A stretch of 64,000 nt of DNA, taken from the IMG/VR virus record IMGVR_UViG_3300042260_000337. One strand, written 5' to 3'. Below, one piece after another: positions 58,271-64,000 of this stretch. Every line of letters begins with the position of its first letter. Position 1 is the first letter of the stretch. The translations under genes were made by a program, and so were the position numbers. The notes beneath the pieces were generated by a model. That model saw only the letters and a list, made by a program, of their open reading frames with translations, was not told where the DNA came from and did not search any database. This DNA comes from a virus. Taxonomy: Duplodnaviria > Caudoviricetes.

Positions 58271-59144
58271 ATACTGCCATTTCTGCTTTGATGAATGGAT
58301 GTGGGTCATATCCTTCTATAGAGAAATGTTCCATTTTGAAATCATCGATATTCTTGATTGATGGGTCGATGATAAGTTTTGGAAATGGCATAGATTCTCT
58401 ATCAAGTTGGGTATTTACTGCATCAATATGATTTTCATATATATGCCCATCCCCAATGACGTGAACAAACTCACCAACTTTCAAATCACAAACCTGTGCA
58501 ATCATATGTGTCAACAATGAGTATGAAGCAATGTTGAACGGAACGCCAAGAAACAAATCAGCACTTCTTTGATACAGGCTACACGACAATTCCCCAAAGT
58601 TTGATACATAAAACTGAGAAAAGGTGTGGCATGGTGGTAGTGCCATCTTACCGATATCGGATACATTCCATGCGGATAGAAGATGTCGGCGGGATTGTGG
58701 ATTTTTTTTGATACCATCAATCAACATAGCAAGTTGGTCAATACCATTCCAATTACGCCATTGGACACCATATACAGGACCAAGTTTCTTTACTGTGTCC
58801 GTGTTTTCGTATCCCAGTGCTTTGCCCTGTTCATCGGCATTTGCAGTCCATATGGTGGTTTTACCTATTAGATTTTCTCTTGGTTCTCCATAATGGATTT
58901 CTGCCAGTCTGCGTTCATCATCGGACCCTTCAATGAACCACAGAAGTTCACTCAAAACGCTTTTGAAATTTACTTTTTTTGTAGTAAGTAAGGGGAAACC
59001 TCGGCGTAAGTCAAAGTTCATGGTTGTCATAAATCTTGAAATGGTGCCAACCCCAGTTCTTTCTTTGTCTCTGGTTTCCCCCGTATGGAGTGTAGTATGA
59101 AGAAGATCAAGATACATATCTTCTTCCCAGTTTGTATTTGACAT
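58269..59144 (-). CDS. thyA: Thymidylate synthase
   Basis: 'RTGVGT', 'FPLLTTKK', 'ELLWFI', 'LGPVYGVQWR', 'ALPPCH', 'YQRSADLFLGVPFNIASY', 'HIYENH'; no intron visible. Confidence 0.97.
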   Translation of the reverse strand: MSNTNWEEDMYLDLLHTTLHTGETRDKERTGVGTISRFMTTMNFDLRRGFPLLTTKKVNFKSVLSELLWFIEGSDDERRLAEIHYGEPRENLIGKTTIWTANADEQGKALGYENTDTVKKLGPVYGVQWRNWNGIDQLAMLIDGIKKNPQSRRHLLSAWNVSDIGKMALPPCHTFSQFYVSNFGELSCSLYQRSADLFLGVPFNIASYSLLTHMIAQVCDLKVGEFVHVIGDGHIYENHIDAVNTQLDRESMPFPKLIIDPSIKNIDDFKMEHFSIEGYDPHPFIKAEMAV

Positions 59145-59153
59145 ATATTCCTC

Positions 59154-59477
59154 TTATTCTTTTGGTAGTTTACCTTGGTCATTATCTCCAAAGTGTGCGG
59201 ATAACAACCGCTTCACATTGAATATAACACTGTCTTGGATTAGTGGAACGTTCACCAATACTTCAATATCTTCAATTTGGTCATGTTGATGTGCCACTTT
59301 TTCCCAATTTAGATTTCCAGTCATTGGCAATGGTTTTAGTAGTTCTTCGCCAGATAACGATATTTCGCCGCCATTTTTTAGTTTTACAACGATTTCTCTG
59401 ACAAACGAATTAGGAATGCTCAGTGGCATGATTTCTTCCATAATACGTTCAAATTCGGACTCTCTATCGAATTCCAT
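59154..59477 (-). CDS. Hypothetical protein (107 aa)
   Basis: GGAG RBS; ORF in series with thyA. Confidence 0.7.
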   Translation of the reverse strand: MEFDRESEFERIMEEIMPLSIPNSFVREIVVKLKNGGEISLSGEELLKPLPMTGNLNWEKVAHQHDQIEDIEVLVNVPLIQDSVIFNVKRLLSAHFGDNDQGKLPKE

Positions 59478-59488
59478 GTAGTGTCTCC

Positions 59489-59525
59489 TAATAATAAGGG
59501 GCGAGAGTTTCGCCCCTTATTATTA
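59489..59525 (-). terminator. Stem-loop (16-bp arms, 5-nt loop), probable terminator or processing site
   Basis: taataataaggggcga / tcgccccttattatta is a perfect inverted repeat just after the 208-aa gene stop. Confidence 0.7.
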
Positions 59526-59526
59526 C

Positions 59527-60153
59527 TTATGCACTTTCGGTAGTCTCTGTTTTTGGTTTTGACGCCTTGCTTCGTTTTGGTTTTTCTGCTGGTTTTAGTT
59601 CAAACGATGCTGGCCTTAGACTTGGGTCATACTTGTATGCTTCTTCTCGTTTACGCTGTGCATCTGCTTCTAGTAGCTGTGCCTGAACGAGTAAGTTCTG
59701 TGCGATTTGACGAGATTCTTCTGATTTGCTTTCTGCAACATTCATATCAATGCGAGATTCAGTTTGAACAGGAGCAGTATTTTCGGTTAGAAGTCCAGCT
59801 TCAATCTTGTGCATCTGTTCAAGGATTTCGTTTAGGGAAACATTAGTCGACGTGTTTGGCGTCATGATGATGTTCTTGGTAGGAATCTTTGATAGTAGAC
59901 CTTCTGTGTGAAGGGTAGTGAGCATCTGCCCGCCATGCCAAAATACTTTGCGCGAAAGGACTTCATACATTTGCTTTGCTGATTGACCCTCATTGGATTC
60001 TACAGCATCCATAAGTGCTTGATGATAACGGTCTGGCAGTGAATCGCTGAATACAACAAGTGCGTTTTCAGGTTCGTCTGGTAGTTCCATGAACACGACT
60101 ACAAGTCGTTGTCCAGTTGCTGCGTGTCTTCCCACGTGTTTCATAAAAGCCAT
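59527..60153 (-). CDS. Hypothetical protein (208 aa)
   Basis: Clean ORF coupled to the upstream 78-aa gene by a TAATG overlap. Confidence 0.7.
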   Translation of the reverse strand: MAFMKHVGRHAATGQRLVVVFMELPDEPENALVVFSDSLPDRYHQALMDAVESNEGQSAKQMYEVLSRKVFWHGGQMLTTLHTEGLLSKIPTKNIIMTPNTSTNVSLNEILEQMHKIEAGLLTENTAPVQTESRIDMNVAESKSEESRQIAQNLLVQAQLLEADAQRKREEAYKYDPSLRPASFELKPAEKPKRSKASKPKTETTESA

Positions 60154-60389
60154 TACTCAGTGGTTCCCTCTGCTGGTGCGGACACTTCCTGTGTTTCTGC
60201 ATTGGCAGAACGTGCTGCTTGAATAGCATCAAGAAAAGCCCTTAGTTTGTTTACAACTGTGCCAACGGCCTGAAGTTCAGTTGCTTGAAATGCGCCACGT
60301 TTTGCGGCCAAATCAATGATAGCATACGCATTTGCAACATCAGTAATTGTGATGTTGGTATCTGCGGTTTGATTGGTTTCTTCCGACAT
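60153..60389 (-). CDS. Hypothetical protein (78 aa)
   Basis: GGAG RBS; 'IIDLAAKRGAF'. Confidence 0.7.
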   Translation of the reverse strand: MSEETNQTADTNITITDVANAYAIIDLAAKRGAFQATELQAVGTVVNKLRAFLDAIQAARSANAETQEVSAPAEGTTE

Positions 60390-60408
60390 TTTATACTCCT
60401 TAGTAATA

Positions 60409-60446
60409 ATTATGGTAATATGAAAACATATTCATATTACCATAAT
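60409..60446. repeat. Perfect 16-bp inverted repeat with 6-bp spacer overlapping a promoter
   Basis: attatggtaatatgaa (60409-60424) / ttcatattaccataat (60431-60446). Confidence 0.9.
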
Positions 60447-60470
60447 ATAAAATTTATGATTGTTTGTCAA
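60442..60470 (-). promoter_or_regulatory. Sigma70-type promoter TTGACA-17bp-TATTAT
   Basis: tgtcaa at 60465-60470 and ataata at 60442-60447 on the plus strand; points toward the operon ending in thyA. Confidence 0.7.
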
Positions 60471-60474
60471 GCAA

Positions 60475-61020
60475 TTATGCAACCATATTTACTTTTTCTT
60501 CTGGCCAATTCAAATAGATTAGCCATTCTTTATAACGAACGTTCAGAATTACTGATTTGCTATTCGCAATTTGGAAAAAGTCTGGTTTGGTTGGTTTCTT
60601 TTTAGGAACAATTCTTTCATTGTTACCTTTTTCATGGTTACACCATTTACATGCAGTGACAATGTTTTCCCAGTTGGTTCTTCCGCCCTTGGACTTTGGC
60701 AGAACATGGTCTAACGTCAAATCTTTTGGTTGAAATATGTCACCGCAATATTGGCATATATGCTTGTCTCGTGCAAACACATTACTTCTGTTGAAGTTGA
60801 TTCCTTGCTTTGAACGAGAGATATACTCTCTTGTTGAGACTACACTTGGAACGCGCATGGTTATAGATTGGCTGTGAACTTCCCAATCTGGGTGCCATTC
60901 CAAAACGTTGATGCGGTCAAGAACAAGAAGTTTTATACTTTCTTGCCAAGTCAACGTTGATAAAGGAAGAATGCTTAGTGGTCTTCCATCTGAGTTTAGT
61001 AGTAGTGTATCATTGCTCAT
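60475..61020 (-). CDS. HNH endonuclease (McrA-like, Zn-binding)
   Basis: 'NVFARDKHICQYCG', 'TLDHVLPKSKGG', 'WENIVTACKWCNHEKG'. ATG 61020 lies 5 nt after GATAAATA (61026-61033). Confidence 0.9.
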   Translation of the reverse strand: MSNDTLLLNSDGRPLSILPLSTLTWQESIKLLVLDRINVLEWHPDWEVHSQSITMRVPSVVSTREYISRSKQGINFNRSNVFARDKHICQYCGDIFQPKDLTLDHVLPKSKGGRTNWENIVTACKWCNHEKGNNERIVPKKKPTKPDFFQIANSKSVILNVRYKEWLIYLNWPEEKVNMVA

Positions 61021-61030
61021 AGTAATATTT

Positions 61031-61066
61031 ATCCCTGATTGCCAAGGCAATCAGGGATTGCCTTGG
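61031..61066 (-). other. Two mutually exclusive stem-loops between the VWA gene stop and the HNH start
   Basis: Arms 61031-61043/61046-61058 (13 bp) and 61042-61052/61056-61066 (11 bp) share the central segment. Confidence 0.75.
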
Positions 61067-61070
61067 GCTT

Positions 61071-62396
61071 CTATTTCGCGTAGTAAGCGTGTTCGCCAAA
61101 CGGCGGAACGATACGGTCATTGCCATGGATGACAAAGAGAGTGTCGCAGTAGTGTTCGTCACCCCAAGACCCGTAAGGATATCCATCGGTGAACATGACA
61201 AACTTTTGAGGTTGGATGTCATTTTCTTCCATGAACGTCCAGTTGCACACGAAGTCAGTGCCGCCGCAACCAATAATCTGGTAGTCATTGATTTCATCGG
61301 CATTCATTGGGGTAAACTCTTTGAACGATTCTTCGTATACACGAGTGTCAAAGGTCCATACCCGAAGACGGAAATCTTGGAACTGGGTCATAATTCCTTG
61401 AATTTCGCCCATGAAATCTTGCAGCATATCATGCGAGATAGAACCAGAAACGTCCAGACCAATGCAAACATCGACCATTTGGTCAGGGTCTTGTGCAGGA
61501 AGATAGATTCCCATGGAACGAGACTTTTTGGATTGGCGCATCCAAGTGTAGTCATTTTTGAGGCAGCTTTGAACACTCAGGTTCAGAAGCTCCCGCCAAT
61601 CCATCTTGGGTTCAGTCATGGACTGAATCAGACGACGAATTTCACCGGGGGTATTGCCAGCACCAGCCGATTGAGCGGCTTGCAGAACCGCTTGCCGCAT
61701 CTGGTCTTTGATAGCCTTGGCTTCTTCTTTGGTGACCTTGATTGGACCCTTGCGACCAGTCGGATCGTTTTGCATCTTGCCATCTTGGCCATCGCCATCC
61801 GTGCCTTCGTTGCCGAACAGGTGCATATCAAGAGTCTGCTTGCCTTTGCCTTCACCAGATTCTTTCAGTTTCTGGTAAATTTCTTCGGTATACATACCGT
61901 GATATTTACGGTCATACAGCGCAGATTTCGGCATCTTACCGATGTTGCTTTCAACGCAACCTTGGTTGACTTTGTAGTCAGCAGCAACGTTCCAGAGTTG
62001 TGGGTCACGGTCGGATTCAGCATAGTCAAACAGACGACCACCCTCGCCGCAGTGCGAGTAGACACAGTGAAGAACTTCGTGACCAACCACAAAGTCAATT
62101 TCTTCTGGCGTCAACGTGCGGAAGAAGTTGGGGTTGTAATAGAAATGCTTGCCATCCACCGCAGCCGTAGGACACCAGCCCTCGGTTTCAACCAGTTTCA
62201 GACGAGTTGCCAAGGTGCCGAAGAACGGATGCTTGATAAGCATACGAACACGACCAGAAACGATCATTTCTTTGACCGCAGCATCGGTATATTCAAATAC
62301 TACGGGTTCAGGAGAGTCTTTGTCAATCTCAATGCCGTTCTGTTCAAGAACATCATCAAGAAGATCGTCAAGCGACTTGGCGGGTTGATTCGACAT
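61071..62396 (-). CDS. Metallopeptidase-like (HExxH) plus VWA-like domain protein (DUF2201 type)
   Basis: 'PTAAVDG', 'HEVLH', 'WNVAADY', MIDAS-like 'DVSGS', 'GCGGTDF', 'MFTDGY'. ATG 62396 is preferred. Confidence 0.85.
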   Translation of the reverse strand: MSNQPAKSLDDLLDDVLEQNGIEIDKDSPEPVVFEYTDAAVKEMIVSGRVRMLIKHPFFGTLATRLKLVETEGWCPTAAVDGKHFYYNPNFFRTLTPEEIDFVVGHEVLHCVYSHCGEGGRLFDYAESDRDPQLWNVAADYKVNQGCVESNIGKMPKSALYDRKYHGMYTEEIYQKLKESGEGKGKQTLDMHLFGNEGTDGDGQDGKMQNDPTGRKGPIKVTKEEAKAIKDQMRQAVLQAAQSAGAGNTPGEIRRLIQSMTEPKMDWRELLNLSVQSCLKNDYTWMRQSKKSRSMGIYLPAQDPDQMVDVCIGLDVSGSISHDMLQDFMGEIQGIMTQFQDFRLRVWTFDTRVYEESFKEFTPMNADEINDYQIIGCGGTDFVCNWTFMEENDIQPQKFVMFTDGYPYGSWGDEHYCDTLFVIHGNDRIVPPFGEHAYYAK

Positions 62397-62426
62397 GGGT
62401 ATAACCTTTCTTGTTTCTACTCTAAC

Positions 62427-62456
62427 ACTATACCCCATATGGGCACGAAGAGTCAA
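62427..62456 (-). promoter_or_regulatory. Sigma70-type promoter TTGACT-18bp-TATAGT
   Basis: agtcaa at 62451-62456 and actata at 62427-62432 on the plus strand. Confidence 0.65.
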
Positions 62457-62497
62457 GTTTTATTTGTAAGTTACTAAGTAAAGTAACTTAGAAAAGA

Positions 62498-62521
62498 TTA
62501 GAGGGGCCGAAGCCCCTCTAA
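62498..62521 (-). terminator. Intrinsic terminator with C(UUCG)G tetraloop
   Basis: TTAGAGGGGC-TTCG-GCCCCTCTAA followed by TCTTTTCT on the minus strand, right after the ATPase stop. Confidence 0.85.
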
Positions 62522-62525
62522 GTTA

Positions 62526-63653
62526 TCAGGCATTGTGGGCTTCAATGATCAGCTTGCCATACTTCTTGAAGAAGTCACCGATGCAAGGAACCTTGCGGGG
62601 TTCAAGCGGCAGCTTGTAGACCTTGAGTGCCGTGCGACCGCCAAGGACAGTCATTTCGGTATCAAAGTTGTCCATCATGAAGCGGAAGAAGTTTTCTGCC
62701 ATTTCATAGAGTTTGTCCATGTCGTTCTTGCCGTTCTTGTCAACGAACTCTTTCAGTTCGTAGCAGAGCGAAGCAGTCAGCGAGAACATCGCGGAGATTT
62801 CGTTGCTACCCTTGGGCAGATGCTTCACACGACCTTCGAGAATGTCGGTCGGGTTGGGCATAGCCTGTGCCATCTGGCGGTGAGCCATGAACTTGGTTGC
62901 AACACCATCGCCAACCGTGCCAGCAAGAAGATCGTGCAGACGATGGTTGCTGATGTTTTCGTTTTCTTTGGGCAGAAGGTCCGAAACGAAGGTCCAAGAA
63001 CGGGGGGTCGAGAACGACCGCGATGCCGTGCGAGGGTCAAAGTTGAACAGGTCCATCTTGTTGGAAGTCAGGTAGCCGATGACTTCAGGGTGGATGCGAT
63101 GTTCCATCGCCCAAGTCTGCCAGTCTTCAAAGTCCACAGTGATTTCAAGGTGGACGAAACGGTTGGCGAGAGGCGAAGGCATACGATATGCAACACCACG
63201 GTCGCTTTCACGGTTACCAGCAGCAACGATAAGAACGTTGTCAGGCAGCTTATACGAACCAAGGCGGCGGTTCAGAATAAGTTGGTAGGCAGCAGCTTGC
63301 ACCGACTGAGGCGCTTGGTTCATTTCGTCAAGGAACAGAACCACATTTTCATACTGGGATGCCAGTTCTTCATCGGGAAGGTCGGAAGGTTCCGCCCATT
63401 CCATCTTGCCCGTCACTTCATTGAAGTGAGGAATACCGCGAAGGTCGGTCGGCTCCATCAGAGCCAGACGCAAGTCGATCATGTAACCGTTGATTTCTTG
63501 CGTGATGCTTTCAACGATTTCGGACTTGCCGACACCGGGCGGACCCCAGATGAACACGGGGCGCTTGCGGCGGAACGCATACGCGATTTCAGCTTTCAGA
63601 TCGCTCGGCTTGGTGAGACGAACTTCCATATCTGCGGTAGAAACTTTAGCCAT
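62526..63653 (-). CDS. AAA+ ATPase (MoxR/dynein-related), partner of the VWA protein
   Basis: Walker A 'GPPGVGKS', Walker B 'LFLDE', 'AAGN', 'LANRF', 'TPRSW'. Confidence 0.92.
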   Translation of the reverse strand: MAKVSTADMEVRLTKPSDLKAEIAYAFRRKRPVFIWGPPGVGKSEIVESITQEINGYMIDLRLALMEPTDLRGIPHFNEVTGKMEWAEPSDLPDEELASQYENVVLFLDEMNQAPQSVQAAAYQLILNRRLGSYKLPDNVLIVAAGNRESDRGVAYRMPSPLANRFVHLEITVDFEDWQTWAMEHRIHPEVIGYLTSNKMDLFNFDPRTASRSFSTPRSWTFVSDLLPKENENISNHRLHDLLAGTVGDGVATKFMAHRQMAQAMPNPTDILEGRVKHLPKGSNEISAMFSLTASLCYELKEFVDKNGKNDMDKLYEMAENFFRFMMDNFDTEMTVLGGRTALKVYKLPLEPRKVPCIGDFFKKYGKLIIEAHNA

Positions 63654-63694
63654 TGGTGAGAACCTTTCTGTTTTGTCTCGGTGATTACTGTTTG

Positions 63695-63723
63695 ATATTA
63701 GCTGATTCTGTTGAAGAAGTCAA
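63695..63723 (-). promoter_or_regulatory. Sigma70-type promoter TTGACT-17bp-TAATAT
   Basis: agtcaa at 63718-63723 and atatta at 63695-63700. A second candidate, TTGACA-17bp-TATAAA, lies at 63771-63799. Confidence 0.6.
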
Positions 63724-63795
63724 GAGGCTTTTTGCTGTCGGCTTCTTCTTTTTTCGTCGCTACAGGATTGTTTATATCCTGATTCGCGTCCCTTG

Positions 63796-64000
63796 TCAAA
63801 CACTTTCTTCAAGGGAAGCGAGAACTTCGTTGATGGCTTCCTGAATGGGAAACTCATCTTTTGCAGCATAGGGCAGACCAAGGTTGAAGCAGAAGTAATC
63901 TGCGCCATACATCAGGTCAAACTTGTCAAACCATTCGCCCTGAATAATCCATTTCAGAGCCTGAATTTCGTCCTTCGCGCCAGTGACCATAAGACCCTGA
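63796..64000 (-). CDS. Short hypothetical protein, possibly truncated by the window edge
   Basis: 64-aa ORF from ATG 63990; the frame stays open to the window end. Confidence 0.45.
   Translation of the reverse strand, partial: QGLMVTGAKDEIQALKWIIQGEWFDKFDLMYGADYFCFNLGLPYAAKDEFPIQEAINEVLASLEESV

Noticed and set aside
54477-59144. Canonical 7-deazaguanine or thymidine-hypermodification DNA pathway (QueC-like plus rSAM plus thyA)
   Set aside because: No FolE, QueD, DpdA or aGPT-like gene is recognised in the window. ThyA looks canonical and is separated from the island by a bidirectional terminator. DNA modification is not excluded but is unsupported here.
861-60605. The many 60-220 aa ORFs nested antisense or off-frame within larger genes (e.g. 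55456-56127, 10052-10522, 56250-56663)
   Set aside because: They are fully overlapped by well-supported genes and lack RBS or motifs; this is expected by chance.
61071-63653. AAA+/VWA pair as a CbbQ/CbbO-type activase for the RLP
   Set aside because: It is 30 kb away with different composition and promoter context, and this pair is common in large phages generally; there is no sequence evidence for a link.
61089-63659. Long plus-strand ORFs of 462 aa (61089-62477) and 374 aa (62535-63659)
   Set aside because: They are antisense shadows of the VWA and AAA+ genes, explained by codon bias; they have no motifs, RBS or promoter.
1-64000. Stop-codon reassignment, introns/inteins, tRNA or rRNA genes, integrase/transposase, reverse transcriptase (DGR)
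   Set aside because: ORFs tile the window under the standard code with TAA, TGA and TAG all used as stops. Intergenic gaps are too short for RNA genes, and no corresponding motifs were seen.

Overview
This window looks like a gene-dense segment of a large lytic dsDNA phage (jumbo myovirus-like; inference from gene content, with no host housekeeping genes seen). It has four parts. (1) 1-15.7 kb is a virion module: a baseplate-wedge-like protein cut by the window edge, a 3134-aa multi-domain structural protein and three small structural proteins. (2) 15.8-58.2 kb is an uninterrupted ~42-kb enzyme island. It holds 14 radical SAM proteins (9 with an N-terminal twitch-type Cys domain), several glycosyltransferase-like families and two sugar nucleotidyltransferases. 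It also has a RuBisCO-like protein with a cupin, phosphodiesterase and kinase, plus a PLP enzyme, a carbamoyltransferase, two SGNH proteins, two methyltransferase-like proteins, a 2OG-Fe(II) oxygenase and two QueC-like PP-loop enzymes. (3) 58.3-61.0 kb carries thymidylate synthase, hypothetical genes and an HNH nuclease on the minus strand. (4) 61.1-64 kb is a more GC-rich minus-strand block with a metallopeptidase/VWA gene and an AAA+ ATPase gene behind sigma70-type promoters. T4-late-like NATAAATA boxes precede many island genes, four of them exactly 5 nt before an ATG, which suggests leaderless late transcripts. The best working hypothesis (inference) is a phage-encoded pathway that makes and heavily tailors a glycan or other surface decoration, probably for the virion. 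All protein calls come from motif recognition by eye; no searches were run.
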